In this document: positions 27,340-38,063 of the stretch, piece by piece
Layout of the letters: each line of letters opens with the position of its first letter
Position numbering within the stretch: the stretch's first letter is position 1
DNA from: a virus
Taxonomy: Duplodnaviria > Caudoviricetes
IMG/VR virus record: IMGVR_UViG_3300021376_000070
Coordinates: 1 to 56,371 of that record
Reading direction: 5' to 3' (one strand)
DNA: 56,371 nt
Made by a program: the position numbers and the translations under genes
Notes under the pieces: model-generated
Seen by the model: the letters and a program-made list of their open reading frames with translations, nothing else
What the model was told of the DNA's origin: nothing
Databases searched by the model: none

Positions 27340-29402
27340 ACTGGCATCATTTTTTTCGGATTCACAGCAGGAGCCTGCTTCTTCTTACCGGTTCTCTGGC
27401 GGCGAACACGATCCATCATGGCATACAACTGCTTTGCTCCTGCCTTGCTTGAACCATTACCCAGATGGCTCACCACATCAGCCGGTATCACAAATTCTCC
27501 ATCTGCCAGACGAGCAGGCTGACGGTCATTGATGGTGGCAGGAATAGAGTCGCTCATCCCATCGCCACCGCCCGAAAGGAACCGGGGGATATTACTCAGA
27601 CCGCCACCGGCAAAGTTCTGCTGGGCAGACTCATACAAGCCTTTGCCGCTTCTGTAATCGGCAAACTTGTACGGCTCTTCCATGCGATTAATATTCTTGC
27701 GAATTTCTTTGGCTTGACCGCCTTTGGCGTAGAAGCCGCCAGAGCCATCGCCTTCACCGCCATAACCGCCGGAGCCGTATCCCAAACCATCGCCAGCAGC
27801 AGCACCCGCAGCGGCACCAGCAGCACCAGCAGCGGCATCTGCGTTGGCTGCATACCCCTCTTGAGCAGCAGCAGTTACGGCATCAGCGTGCGCATTCATG
27901 GCTTGCCCAGCGGCAGCGTTCATGGAGGCTTGAGCTTCCATTTCACTAAAAGCCTTTACGCCAGCGTCAACTAGTGAATTGCCAAGCAGATTCGCAAGCA
28001 TCCCTCCAGGTGCAAAACCACCCCTCCCATAACTTTGCAACGCTTGTCCAACTGCTATTTGACTAGCCGGGTTTGGATTCATAGACGGACCGCTAATGTC
28101 GCCTATACCACCACCGCCCATGTCAAACAACTGAGGTAACGACGGCAGCGATTTTTTTTGTTGTGTTGCACTATATGACTCAGAAGATTCAGCCCTGGGC
28201 ATGGGGATGCCGTAGTTGCGTTCCCGGTAACTGATAGGTTGGTTGGCAATACCAATCACGGGGCTGGGCTGGGATGGAGCAAAGGCGGGAACTTGCAACT
28301 GGGGCAGACCCGCCATACCTTGAACCCGGGCAATAGACTCATAGACCTTTGCCACCTCCGGAGATACCGTAGGAACGGGGTTTGATCCAACCTCCTGTCC
28401 ATCGGTGGTATTACCTCCTTCTGCAAAAGCAATGATCCCGCCCTGCGCTGCACGATAAGGGGTTCCTGCGGTGTAACGATAGCGCAGACGCTCTTGCTCA
28501 ATTCCAGAAGGAGAAGCCGGAAGACCTGAGAGATTCTCCACATCCAGCGAGTATGGGCGAATGAAGGCATCTTGCCGTGATAGTTTTTCCTGCTCTGGAG
28601 TTCCAAACAGCACAGGAGCGGCACCCATTGCCAAGTTCATCTTGTTGTTGCCGGCAAAGTCCATAAAGGCTTTCGGAGAACTGAAGACTTGCTTGCCACC
28701 TTCTACAACGCGACCAAAGCGTTCATCCATCGTTGGGGTTTTGGGTAGCGTATTGACATCGATGACTTGCGTGGACGGTCTCAGGCTACCGATGTGATCG
28801 GCGGCAGCATCAGCAACAGGAGTGGTGAAGCCATAGTTTATGCTGCCTGCGGCAGTTTCCAGCGACGGCAAAGCCATTGCCTTTGCGTTTAAACCAACCT
28901 GCGGCATGAACGTGCTGTTCACCAATTGACCCGGAGCCGCATTGCTGATGGCGGCGGTCGGGATGGTAATACCGCTACCCGCGCCAGCCATTGCGCCCGG
29001 AGCGCCAACAACGGCATTTGCTGGGAGCGCAGCAGAGGCAGCAGGGGCTGCAAGGTTTGCCATTGACCCAGCCATTCCAGCGCCTCCAGCGGCTCCTAGA
29101 CCCATCATGAGACCCTCTCTGAGGCTCCCGGTAGCCAAGGCTCCCAAGCCGCCCGCGATCATGCCTGCCTGCAAGGCGCTCAGACCCATGCCAGCCGGAC
29201 CCAGAGCCATACCCGCCACCATAGGCAGGAGATTTCTCAGACTGAAGGCTTCGGGTAAACCCGTACTGGGGTTGATGGTCAGACTCGTGCCGTTGTTTCG
29301 GGCGAGCGCCTGAAGTCCACCCACCTCTTGCGGGGACATATGAACCAGCACTGAGTCGCCATAGCGACCCTGACTGGCTAGGGTTTGAGCAGCTTGGTTC
29401 AT
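27336..29402 (-). CDS. internal virion protein
   Basis: GRYGDSVLVHM...INPSTGLPEAF N-terminus; GDGMSDSIPA...LADGEFVIPADVV C-terminus. Confidence 0.6.
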   Translation of the reverse strand: MNQAAQTLASQGRYGDSVLVHMSPQEVGGLQALARNNGTSLTINPSTGLPEAFSLRNLLPMVAGMALGPAGMGLSALQAGMIAGGLGALATGSLREGLMMGLGAAGGAGMAGSMANLAAPAASAALPANAVVGAPGAMAGAGSGITIPTAAISNAAPGQLVNSTFMPQVGLNAKAMALPSLETAAGSINYGFTTPVADAAADHIGSLRPSTQVIDVNTLPKTPTMDERFGRVVEGGKQVFSSPKAFMDFAGNNKMNLAMGAAPVLFGTPEQEKLSRQDAFIRPYSLDVENLSGLPASPSGIEQERLRYRYTAGTPYRAAQGGIIAFAEGGNTTDGQEVGSNPVPTVSPEVAKVYESIARVQGMAGLPQLQVPAFAPSQPSPVIGIANQPISYRERNYGIPMPRAESSESYSATQQKKSLPSLPQLFDMGGGGIGDISGPSMNPNPASQIAVGQALQSYGRGGFAPGGMLANLLGNSLVDAGVKAFSEMEAQASMNAAAGQAMNAHADAVTAAAQEGYAANADAAAGAAGAAAGAAAGDGLGYGSGGYGGEGDGSGGFYAKGGQAKEIRKNINRMEEPYKFADYRSGKGLYESAQQNFAGGGLSNIPRFLSGGGDGMSDSIPATINDRQPARLADGEFVIPADVVSHLGNGSSKAGAKQLYAMMDRVRRQRTGKKKQAPAVNPKKMMPV

Positions 29403-29432
29403 GTTGACATTATCCTTGCTCGCGTTTAAACG

Positions 29433-30773
29433 TCAATCGGTTAGGTCGTAGTAAGACATCGATCCAATGATGTCGTCGGTGCCTGAAATAGTCCTTGCAG
29501 CCAGCGTAAAAATGTCGCTCACACCAGCAATACTCGCGCCCAGTTGATTGTCAAAGTTGTACTCCACATCTCCGGTAGCAGTGCCGCTGCCTTGATTGGA
29601 GCCTGCGGTGTAGTTCAAATCCACAATCGTCCCGCCGGTCAGGGCGGTAGCGGTAACATCCTTTTCGACATTAGTAGAGTTGCTTGTGAATGATGCGCCA
29701 GTCAAGATGGGGTTTTTGATCAAAGCCAGTTCATAGTCTAGCGTTGATCCAATCGGGATTGCATGAAAGATTGAGGGGATTACCACCGCCCCAAGGTTGG
29801 CGCTCTTCAGTCTGATCGACACAATCGGCACGAAGGATGTAGTCACCCCGGTCAGAGTAGTGGTGCGTCTAGCCCAAGTTAAAGAAGACTTTTGTTCATA
29901 CCCGCCTTCAGAGATTACCGAGGAGCAAATTTGCGTAAGTGTTGACGCAGAAGCAGTTACTCCTGTGTTCTCAATCTCATACCTGATTGGCAGGATAGCG
30001 GTGGTCATGTAGACCTTGTCAATATCGTTGGCATTGTTGAAAGTATGGCACACATAAAACTTGCCATCGATCACAAACCCACAACGGACAGAGCCAACAC
30101 CCAACCATTCAAAGTCCATATAAAGAATCTGAGCCTTGGTTGGATCTAGCGTGATACCGGAAGCTCCAGTGCCATCGAGCTTGTCTCCGTTCCAATCTGC
30201 CTGATTGACAGTCCGGGCATCACTGGGAGTGCCGGATGTATTGGTTCGCAGGACAAAAGACTTGGTCGTGCCATTAAATTGGAAAAACACGCCGTTGTCA
30301 GTATTGAAGTAACCCACCCTCTGGCGCAGGTTTTCTTTGCCAGAATTCATCACAAAGGTGGCAAGTACCATCAGGCTCTTCCCCGGTTGATACGGGAATA
30401 CCCTAAAACTCTGCCTTACCGCTTTGCTGCCTGATGCGGTGGTGACAGCCAAGTCCACGCTGGACTCATTGGCGACATAGGTCGCCGTGCCGCTGGTGAC
30501 CAGTTCCTCGCTGAACTGCGGGTCTTTTTGGTAGCGGTTCTGGCTGTCGAAAAGCGTATAAGGCTGGGCAGTACGGAGCCTTCCAAACGCATCTAGCGAT
30601 GTTGCGGAGAAGGGGTCCATAAAGTCATTTACCTCGTTTGTCAGAGAGTTTAAATAGTCATCCAACAGGTTGAAATACAGACGCAAAGCGCGGATAAAGT
30701 CGGTCTGCTCGACTTGGTCGTATTCCCTTTTGGGTATAGGAAGGGCTGGTGCGCTGAACTTCTTGATGATCAC
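29433..30773 (-). CDS. virion structural (tail-associated) protein
   Basis: DAFGRLR...YQPGKS, beta-rich; position in operon. Confidence 0.55.
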   Translation of the reverse strand: MIIKKFSAPALPIPKREYDQVEQTDFIRALRLYFNLLDDYLNSLTNEVNDFMDPFSATSLDAFGRLRTAQPYTLFDSQNRYQKDPQFSEELVTSGTATYVANESSVDLAVTTASGSKAVRQSFRVFPYQPGKSLMVLATFVMNSGKENLRQRVGYFNTDNGVFFQFNGTTKSFVLRTNTSGTPSDARTVNQADWNGDKLDGTGASGITLDPTKAQILYMDFEWLGVGSVRCGFVIDGKFYVCHTFNNANDIDKVYMTTAILPIRYEIENTGVTASASTLTQICSSVISEGGYEQKSSLTWARRTTTLTGVTTSFVPIVSIRLKSANLGAVVIPSIFHAIPIGSTLDYELALIKNPILTGASFTSNSTNVEKDVTATALTGGTIVDLNYTAGSNQGSGTATGDVEYNFDNQLGASIAGVSDIFTLAARTISGTDDIIGSMSYYDLTD

Positions 30774-32635
30774 CGTTTGCCATCCTTGCGTCCATCCAAT
30801 CTAGGAAGACCCATCTGCCACATAACGCCCAAACCATCGGAGTAAATTTTCATTCCCATCTGACGAGCGCGAGCGCGGATAAAAATCTGCTCCGTATATT
30901 GCTCAACCGGCACGGTAGTGGACAACTCCACCAAGGGCTGATTGGCGCTGATGTAGTTCGATCCTGGGAAGTTTCTGGGCTTGACCGTCAGCAATACTTG
31001 CGGATTAGCAGCAGTTGATCCAGAAAAATTGATATCAGGAATCATCCTCTTGATCAACAAGAAATCATCCCCGTCAGCAATGTCAAAGTCAGAAGTGATG
31101 ATGTAGGAGGTCATAGACGCACCATCAGCATCTACACCCAACTCATGGTTGTAGAGATACTGACCATTGATGGCTTGAGGATAAGCCCTCAGAGGCGAAT
31201 CCAGCCATGCAGTGCGTTCCAGAGTTCCGTAGTACCAAATCTGCTCTGCGTAGTTGTAGATCACATAGCTATCTGGAACGATGGAGTTGCCGGTGGGATA
31301 GATCCACCAGACCTCATTCCAGCGTTCATTGGTCCCAGAGATGATCTGATCCTTCTGCTCGTAGTTCAGATTATTAAAGACCAAGTTTCTGAGCGTACAA
31401 GGCAAGGTCTCGACCCGACCAGAGTACATATAGAACTTGTCCAAGCCCATCCAGTACACCACATTGTTTGCCACTGAGATAGACCGAGGGCTGGCAATAG
31501 AAATGTTATCTGCCATCTCTTGGAAAGCAAAGACATCCGTAGTGCCCGTAAACTGCATGGAATACATGGTGGAGTCTGTAAGGATCAGAATCTCCTGCCG
31601 AGTCGCAATTGCACGAACAATCTTTGAGCCGCGAGAAACCCTGTAAAAGCCAGCAGAGTTGGTTGGACTTGGAGTCCAGTTCAGAGGCTCACCCTGATCT
31701 GCCCAGCGAATCAGCATGGGGTCAAAGGTTGCAGAGCCAAATTGTGTCGCCCCAAAAGCGCACAGATGCCGGTCATTCTGCGAGACCATTAACTGCATCA
31801 CTTGAGCGGGGACATTAGCTCCCGTAAAGCCAGCATTCGTTGCTGCGGTAGATATTGGTATAGCACGAACGGTAAAGGTAGCTTCATACGCCCAGTAGTA
31901 GGGCGTACCGTTTCTGATGTTCATGACCGAGTCATTGTCGAAATTGTCGTACCACCAATCCCTCTGCTCAATCACCAAAGGAGTCACGGTGCCCGTGCCC
32001 CATCCCAGACGACCCCAAGCACCAGCACTCCATCCATATCCATACAGAGTGATGTCATTGCCGGGGATGATGGGAAAGACCGCCGTGATGCCGGTGCCGC
32101 CCTGATTGCTGACCGTGCTGGTCGCTGCGGTTGTTGTCTCAATCTGAAAGTTGTTGGCATTTACTAGTGCATAGACCTGAAACTCTGCATTGAATTCTGA
32201 TTGCGGGATGCCTCCAATCGGACCCACAACACCAGAAAAGGTCACAAATTGATTCGTTGCGGTTACGCCGTGCCCGACAATGTTGACATTGACAATCCTT
32301 GACCCATTGGTGGTGTCAAAGCAGTTGTCTGTTGCAGGCGATGTAAATGTGGCGCGAGCGGGGGTCAGGTCTTGTAGGTTCCCCCCTACCTCCGCATACA
32401 GATGATTGGTAGTCCCAATCCACAAGACATTGTCATTGTTGCTTGTGATGTAATTGAACATCTGCCGACAGATGCCCTTGATCGAGACCGTAGGTTCACT
32501 CTGCCATCCACCGAGCTTCTGTGGATAACCAGAAAGGAACCGGATCTTCTCAGACTCGTAGTAACCGCCCTCATTGGCGTAGTTAGTCGTGTCCCGATTG
32601 ACCCCCGGCTTGATTTTGACCTTGGTAAATGCCAT
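30770..32635 (-). CDS. tail hub/stabilization protein (P22 gp10-like)
   Basis: 621 aa, beta-propeller-like, IRWADQ, NEVWW motifs; position in operon. Confidence 0.65.
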   Translation of the reverse strand: MAFTKVKIKPGVNRDTTNYANEGGYYESEKIRFLSGYPQKLGGWQSEPTVSIKGICRQMFNYITSNNDNVLWIGTTNHLYAEVGGNLQDLTPARATFTSPATDNCFDTTNGSRIVNVNIVGHGVTATNQFVTFSGVVGPIGGIPQSEFNAEFQVYALVNANNFQIETTTAATSTVSNQGGTGITAVFPIIPGNDITLYGYGWSAGAWGRLGWGTGTVTPLVIEQRDWWYDNFDNDSVMNIRNGTPYYWAYEATFTVRAIPISTAATNAGFTGANVPAQVMQLMVSQNDRHLCAFGATQFGSATFDPMLIRWADQGEPLNWTPSPTNSAGFYRVSRGSKIVRAIATRQEILILTDSTMYSMQFTGTTDVFAFQEMADNISIASPRSISVANNVVYWMGLDKFYMYSGRVETLPCTLRNLVFNNLNYEQKDQIISGTNERWNEVWWIYPTGNSIVPDSYVIYNYAEQIWYYGTLERTAWLDSPLRAYPQAINGQYLYNHELGVDADGASMTSYIITSDFDIADGDDFLLIKRMIPDINFSGSTAANPQVLLTVKPRNFPGSNYISANQPLVELSTTVPVEQYTEQIFIRARARQMGMKIYSDGLGVMWQMGLPRLDGRKDGKR

Positions 32636-32644
32636 GTTTAAACA

Positions 32645-33154
32645 TCACGCTATGTGTTTGCTCTCAGCCTCAATACCATCCAACCGGCGCATCCAGCCCT
32701 TGCCGAATGTGGCAAAGGTGTTCAGGCTCTTGTAGTGAGCCTCGCGCAGGTTGCAGAACGCCTCAATCAGTTCGTCAGCGGGCATTTTGGTTACAGCCTC
32801 CATCGTTTTGGGACCAATTGCACCATCGGCTGTTACTCCAACAGCTTGCTGAAGAAATTTAGCAGCCCGACCGACACCAGCATTAACAGCACAATCAAAA
32901 ACACACAGATCAACGCCAGAAGGAAGGTCATCGCCGCGCACAGCATCCCAATACTTTTTCTTGTACAGAGGAGACACCATCCCAACGGTGAGTCCACGCA
33001 TATCAGCCTCGGTGACGGGATGTCCGACCCATTCTTCCCAGACACGCTGCGTCACTCCTAGATTTGTTCTGCCGCCCGGATCGGCAGGATGGTTGACATA
33101 CCCACCCTCCCATTTGAGGATGTGCTTAATCGCCTCATCCCAGTTGTGCTTCAT
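32645..33154 (-). CDS. endolysin, GH108 with peptidoglycan-binding domain
   Basis: EGGYVNHPADPGGRTNLGVT; DGAIGPKT; FGKGWMRR. Confidence 0.9.
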   Translation of the reverse strand: MKHNWDEAIKHILKWEGGYVNHPADPGGRTNLGVTQRVWEEWVGHPVTEADMRGLTVGMVSPLYKKKYWDAVRGDDLPSGVDLCVFDCAVNAGVGRAAKFLQQAVGVTADGAIGPKTMEAVTKMPADELIEAFCNLREAHYKSLNTFATFGKGWMRRLDGIEAESKHIA

Positions 33155-33639
33155 TTCTTTGCCAGCAGATCGGTTTTCTGTGCAGAGCCAGCGGACGAAC
33201 CAAAGTAATACGCCATGATCCCGGTCCATGCGGTGCCGAGCGAACCCAGCATCATGGTGAGCGCCGTGTTATCTGCCACGGACATCTTGCCAAACATCAT
33301 CCCACCGAGGATTGCAAAAAAGCCAATCGTCACTGCGGCAGCTAAAAGAGGCGGCACCCATGAACGGGTAGTGGCTTGCATCTCACGGGCGCTCTTGCGA
33401 TCATCGACCGCCAGCTTCTCAAAGTTCAGTCCAAGCTCCTGCGCCTGTTTCTGAAGCTCGATTTCAGCAATCTTGATCTGGGCTACATGCTCGGCGGTCA
33501 GCTTGTTGCTAGAGATTAAATCCCCAACCTTTTCTTCATCGACGCCAATAGCCTTGGAGATAGCAGACACAGCCATGCCAGCCAGAGGACCGCCAAGAGC
33601 GGTGGCGATTGTCGGTGCAATTTGTTTGAGCCAATCCAT
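33151..33639 (-). CDS. holin-like membrane protein
   Basis: DRKSAREM, two C-terminal TM segments, YYFGSS; adjacent to endolysin. Confidence 0.7.
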   Translation of the reverse strand: MDWLKQIAPTIATALGGPLAGMAVSAISKAIGVDEEKVGDLISSNKLTAEHVAQIKIAEIELQKQAQELGLNFEKLAVDDRKSAREMQATTRSWVPPLLAAAVTIGFFAILGGMMFGKMSVADNTALTMMLGSLGTAWTGIMAYYFGSSAGSAQKTDLLAKK

Positions 33640-33640
33640 A

Positions 33641-33868
33641 TTAAGGCATCAAGGCTTTGAGTTGGTCAGGGGTCTGTGCAGCGTCCATCTGAACCTGTAG
33701 AGCAGCGTACTTTTCCCGAATCTTCTGGCGCTCTTCTTCAGCCCCAGAGACTTGACCCGGAATCTGCTTGGCAATGGCGTTGTCAAACGGCTCAAACTCA
33801 GCAGCACGGGCAGCACGCCGAGCGTTATGGGCAATTTCTTTTGCCTTGGTCATGTTGATGGTGATCAT
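33641..33868 (-). CDS. tail fibre-associated small protein
   Basis: MITINMTKAKEI...; follows the fibre genes. Confidence 0.55.
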   Translation of the reverse strand: MITINMTKAKEIAHNARRAARAAEFEPFDNAIAKQIPGQVSGAEEERQKIREKYAALQVQMDAAQTPDQLKALMP

Positions 33869-34071
33869 GCTGACACCTCCGAAAAATCAGCGGTCCACGC
33901 CGCCCGGAAAGTTCTATCTGACGGAATGTCAGAGACATCCACGATCTTAAAAGGCTTACCCGCCGGTACGTCCTTGGCTGCGATTTCTTCAATCGTCAAG
34001 CCGCACTCGGTGGCTGGAACAATGACGGACACGCCGCCTTCGTCGTTGGGGTATATCACTCGTGAGTTCAT
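33865..34071 (-). CDS. tail fibre-associated small protein
   Basis: IAAKDVPAG...DRTFRAAW. Confidence 0.55.
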   Translation of the reverse strand: MNSRVIYPNDEGGVSVIVPATECGLTIEEIAAKDVPAGKPFKIVDVSDIPSDRTFRAAWTADFSEVSA

Positions 34072-34080
34072 GGTTGTCCT

Positions 34081-34743
34081 TTAGCGGAAGATGGCGGCGT
34101 TGGCTTGCCCAATATCAACAGCACCCGGAATATTGGGGTTATCGAAATAAATACGAATTGCTGATGTTGTTGGGCTTACCCCCTCTTTGGGGGCAATACC
34201 AACGACTCGTCCAAGAGAGTTACCCCCACCGCCGGTTACAAGACAAGCGTAGTTTGTATCCGGCATCGCCGTCGTAAAGTTCACCGTATAGTCGCCCGTC
34301 CCGTTGTCCGTAATCGACGTCACATTCCCACTCGCACGAATCGCCACAACCCCCGTGCCGTTGAAGTTGACCCACGCACGGCAGCCAAAAGCAGTAGCCA
34401 CAGAGCCGTAGCCTGAATTGAATTGCAAATTCCCGCTGCTGTCGATACGGGCGCGTTCGGAGCTATTGGTGAAAAAGCCAAGAGCGTTTGTCGTGACGTT
34501 GTTGATGCCGTTCGCAGGAACACCAGTTCCAAACACGTTCAAACTGCCACCACCAATATTGCCGTTTACATCAAGTTTTGTTGTGGGCGAACTCGTACCA
34601 ATCCCCACATTCCCCGCAGCAGTAACAGTAACATTCGTCGTACCGTTATTCTGCAAAGCAAGAATGCCATCATTGCTACCAGAGGTCTTTAAACCCGAGG
34701 TGCCGGAGACTATGCCATCGTCTGAATTTATTGTGCTGGGCAT
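34081..34743 (-). CDS. tail fibre/receptor-binding protein
   Basis: GNVGIGTSSP, ERARIDSSGN, CRAWVNFNG...DNGTGDYTVNF. Confidence 0.7.
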   Translation of the reverse strand: MPSTINSDDGIVSGTSGLKTSGSNDGILALQNNGTTNVTVTAAGNVGIGTSSPTTKLDVNGNIGGGSLNVFGTGVPANGINNVTTNALGFFTNSSERARIDSSGNLQFNSGYGSVATAFGCRAWVNFNGTGVVAIRASGNVTSITDNGTGDYTVNFTTAMPDTNYACLVTGGGGNSLGRVVGIAPKEGVSPTTSAIRIYFDNPNIPGAVDIGQANAAIFR

Positions 34744-34745
34744 GG

Positions 34746-35915
34746 TTACTTTCCTTCTAATGCGTCAATACGGGCGGTCAGGGCGGTGATGATGGCTTTC
34801 AATTCTTCAATTACGGCTTGTTGTTGCTCAAGAGTTTTTTGATGACGCTTGATTAAACCAATCGCAAATACTCCAATTTTTTCGTAGTCAAGTCCGTTAA
34901 TTTCTCCATTGACGCGAGAAACAATTTCATTCAAACCAATTTCATCTGCTTGATCTGCAATAAAACCATATTCCCAATATTCATATTCAAGACGCTGATA
35001 ATAGGAAGGTTCTAATTTCAATGCTTTATCAAGTTGCTGGTCTGTTACAGGCGTAATGTTGCGCTTGTATTTTTTAGCGGAGGTAAGAATCGTCAGTCGT
35101 CCGGAATTTCCATCCCAACGCAAAGTGTCTGGAGTTGAAGCCGGAGTCCAATTGACTGTGTTGTATGCTAAGGAAAGCCTTCCAGAATTTGCTGTTCCAT
35201 CACCGCCATTCCTTACCCATATCATCGCGCCGTCACCGTTTGCACCGTTATCAGACCATCTGAAATCCCCCCCACTCGTGATGCTTGCGCGTTGGGTGGC
35301 GTTGGTAATGAAAATAAAAGGGTGATTTGAAACAGTACCTGCTTGCCCCTTATCGCCTGCGTTATCCCCCAAAATAGTTTGAGTTGAGGCTCCGAAGTAA
35401 CTGATAAAGTTGCCGCTGCCGCCCCGCACGACAAACTTTGAATAGCTACCGGGGCTTGTTTCCCCCACCCCCAAATTCCCACTCGCATCCAGCGTCATCG
35501 CCTGTGTGAAGCTGATAGCGTTATTTGCTGTACCGGAGGGGGCGGTGAACCATTTATGAACACCACCATCTTGCCAATAAGAAGCAGCCGCTCCGGTAGC
35601 CGCATATTTCCATCCTGATGCGTAATACGCATTTTGTGAAAACGCGTTAAATGCCCCTTGCGATGTAAAACCAGTTCCAGAACCACTGATTTCAAAGGCA
35701 GGTACACCACCAGAGCCAGACTTCGGCGTCACCCCAAGACCAAGGTTGCCGGAGGCGTCGATACGCATCGCCTCCACGCCGCCCTCAGAGAAGGCAATCG
35801 TGTCAGCGGCGGGGAAGAAGATGCCGGTGTTTGCATCCGTCCCCCGGATAGCCGGGGTTGCAGCAGAGCCGTCAATGTCTGACAAGCCGTCCGTTCCGCT
35901 CAGAATCAATGTCAT
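34746..35915 (-). CDS. tail fibre with C-terminal intramolecular chaperone (peptidase S74-like)
   Basis: MRIDASGNLG repeats; SAKKYKRNI...GFIADQ...LDY plus coiled coil. Confidence 0.75.
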   Translation of the reverse strand: MTLILSGTDGLSDIDGSAATPAIRGTDANTGIFFPAADTIAFSEGGVEAMRIDASGNLGLGVTPKSGSGGVPAFEISGSGTGFTSQGAFNAFSQNAYYASGWKYAATGAAASYWQDGGVHKWFTAPSGTANNAISFTQAMTLDASGNLGVGETSPGSYSKFVVRGGSGNFISYFGASTQTILGDNAGDKGQAGTVSNHPFIFITNATQRASITSGGDFRWSDNGANGDGAMIWVRNGGDGTANSGRLSLAYNTVNWTPASTPDTLRWDGNSGRLTILTSAKKYKRNITPVTDQQLDKALKLEPSYYQRLEYEYWEYGFIADQADEIGLNEIVSRVNGEINGLDYEKIGVFAIGLIKRHQKTLEQQQAVIEELKAIITALTARIDALEGK

Positions 35916-36076
35916 GTTTGCTCCTCATCTGCTGGGAGGGGTTGGTTGCCTTCTGCAAGCCACGCTTTAAATTCAGGATATTCCTCTGTGCAGGTCAGGC
36001 GGCATTTGCCGTCGTCGTCGATGCGGGCATAAATAGTCATGCCGTCTTCGTTGGTGGTGAAATTTTTGTAGGTCAC
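35912..36076 (-). CDS. small tail fibre chaperone-like protein (54 aa)
   Basis: Read manually: MTYKNF...FKAWLAEGNQPLPADEEQT; overlaps both neighbours by 4 nt. Confidence 0.65.
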   Translation of the reverse strand: MTYKNFTTNEDGMTIYARIDDDGKCRLTCTEEYPEFKAWLAEGNQPLPADEEQT

Positions 36077-37251
36077 AGTTCGGCACTCCATGCGAGAAAA
36101 GCGCTAGTTGTTGCCGCCCCAATGCGACAACCCTCTCCTGCTGTAAACACAGCTCCAGCAGTGAAAACAACAAAACCGCTGTTTGCAGAAGCGCGGCTAA
36201 AAACAGGAACCGAAGTACAAGTTACGGAAGTATTTCTGAACCCAATGTTGTAATTCCCTGCGGTGCCGTTTTGCTCTAGCGCCGTAGGATTACTACGCAT
36301 AGTTACTGGGAACACAACAAGACCCAGACCTGTGCTTGTTGTGTTGTTGTACCCTGTGCCGAAAACATCGCCATTAGTTTGCACTGTTGCTCGGTAATAA
36401 TACCGCTGACACAACGCTAACTCAGTACCATACGGTCTGTAATCAAATGATGTGGCTGTGCTGCCCTTCTCTAACTGGACGCCGGTGATGTAGAAGGTGG
36501 CTCCGTTGGTGCCGACTACGCTGGTTGCGCCTGTGGCTGAAGAAACATACGAAGAAGTCCAAGCACCAGCAGTCCCAGAGTAAGTTGAACCAACACCAAG
36601 ACCAAAGTTGACGCGAACACCAACGCCATTGGTTGCGCCAACCCATGTGCCAGAAGTATCACCAGCAATCGTTACGCTCTTTTGCTCCCAAGTGTTCGCA
36701 GCGCTGATGGTGTAGGTGAAAGGGTAGTTGCGACTGGTTGCAGAGTTCTGCAAAGAGCCTCCGAACGTCCCCGTCAACGAACTGCGAACCCAGAAAGACA
36801 ACGTAACGACCTGCGCGGAAGCAGTGCCCCACCCAAGGTCTGCAAAGTTAAACCCCTCAATGTTCTGACGCTGTAGAAATTCGTCAGCCGCGCCAACAGA
36901 ATAGGCAGAAAGAGAAGTAACACCGAGGTAGTTGGAGAAGCCGGTTGGTGGAGTAACCGACCCAGCGTTTTGCTGAACAGAGTATTTTGACGCTGCGGAT
37001 GCTTCTGAACGCCAGCGATCAAGCGTATAAGAGCCGCCAGTTGGCGTCACACTCGCCCCAGCATTCCTCTGGTCGATCACCATCGCACCGTTGATGATGC
37101 GGTTGCGGAAGGTTAGGTATGGCGAGTTGCTGGTTGTGACCGTCCCCGCCTCATCAGGCAGCGTCAGCGTGCGGTTATTGTTTGAATTAGGCGAGGCAAT
37201 GGTAAATGTGCCGGTTCCGCTTGCATCACCCTGAATGGTTACTTTGCTCAT
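36073..37251 (-). CDS. tail fibre/carbohydrate-binding protein
   Basis: FRNRIINGAM.IDQR...GVQLEKG.TATSF...ELALCQRYY. Confidence 0.75.
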   Translation of the reverse strand: MSKVTIQGDASGTGTFTIASPNSNNNRTLTLPDEAGTVTTSNSPYLTFRNRIINGAMVIDQRNAGASVTPTGGSYTLDRWRSEASAASKYSVQQNAGSVTPPTGFSNYLGVTSLSAYSVGAADEFLQRQNIEGFNFADLGWGTASAQVVTLSFWVRSSLTGTFGGSLQNSATSRNYPFTYTISAANTWEQKSVTIAGDTSGTWVGATNGVGVRVNFGLGVGSTYSGTAGAWTSSYVSSATGATSVVGTNGATFYITGVQLEKGSTATSFDYRPYGTELALCQRYYYRATVQTNGDVFGTGYNNTTSTGLGLVVFPVTMRSNPTALEQNGTAGNYNIGFRNTSVTCTSVPVFSRASANSGFVVFTAGAVFTAGEGCRIGAATTSAFLAWSAEL

Positions 37252-37260
37252 CTTTTCTCC

Positions 37261-38040
37261 TTACAGCACCAGCCAACGCTGGCCCGATGCAACGGTAATT
37301 GTGATGCCCGAATCAATTGTGATCGGTCCCACACTCAAACCATTCTCACCACTGGCAATGGTGTAATCGACGGAAGCAACATCCTTGTTGGTCATGATTG
37401 CGCCACCAGCCTGCGCTCCACCAATCCCACCCCAAACGGCTCCGCTGTAACCCTCAAACTGGCTCAAAGAGGTGTTATACCGGATCATGCCGTTGGTTGG
37501 CGATCCGCTGCGCTGACCCGTGGTGCCTGCCGGGAGCTTGACCTGACCCGTGCCGCTGAAGGTTCCGTCGCCTGTGAAAGTAAAGGTCGTGCCGGTCAGT
37601 ACGCCCGTCAGGTCCAATGATCCTGCGTGATCAAACTGATAGGTAATGTCTATACCATCGTTGTAGATCAGAGCCGTCTTACCATTGGGTATGATCACCC
37701 CTACCCCCGCCACAATGACCCGAATACTCTGAGATCCGGTGGTGGCGTTCTTGACAATATAGTTCTTGGTAATCGCCGGAACAATCAAGTCCCGAGTCAC
37801 CGTCAGGCTCACGCTGGAGGTGACATTCAAAAACACCGCCCGGGCATCCTGAGCGGCGTTTGTGTTGGAAAGCGTCAGGGTCTTGTTGGCGTCCGTGGTA
37901 AATGTGACGGTAACCCTCCCAACAATAGCCTGCTCCAGCGCCGTACCAAGATTGTTGTTGGTCGTTGTGCCCCAAGTACCAACCTGCTCGCCCAATGCGA
38001 TGAGTTCTATCTTCAGGTTGGATGAGTATGTAGATGGCAT
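37261..38040 (-). CDS. tail fibre-proximal structural protein
   Basis: MPSTYS...GTWG; PAGTTGQR...GMIRYN. Confidence 0.65.
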   Translation of the reverse strand: MPSTYSSNLKIELIALGEQVGTWGTTTNNNLGTALEQAIVGRVTVTFTTDANKTLTLSNTNAAQDARAVFLNVTSSVSLTVTRDLIVPAITKNYIVKNATTGSQSIRVIVAGVGVIIPNGKTALIYNDGIDITYQFDHAGSLDLTGVLTGTTFTFTGDGTFSGTGQVKLPAGTTGQRSGSPTNGMIRYNTSLSQFEGYSGAVWGGIGGAQAGGAIMTNKDVASVDYTIASGENGLSVGPITIDSGITITVASGQRWLVL

Positions 38041-38063
38041 ATTCTTTTCCTCAAGTCAGATGA

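Noticed and set aside
34081-37251. Diversity-generating retroelement acting on the fibres
   Set aside because: No reverse transcriptase and no TR/VR pair differing at adenines.
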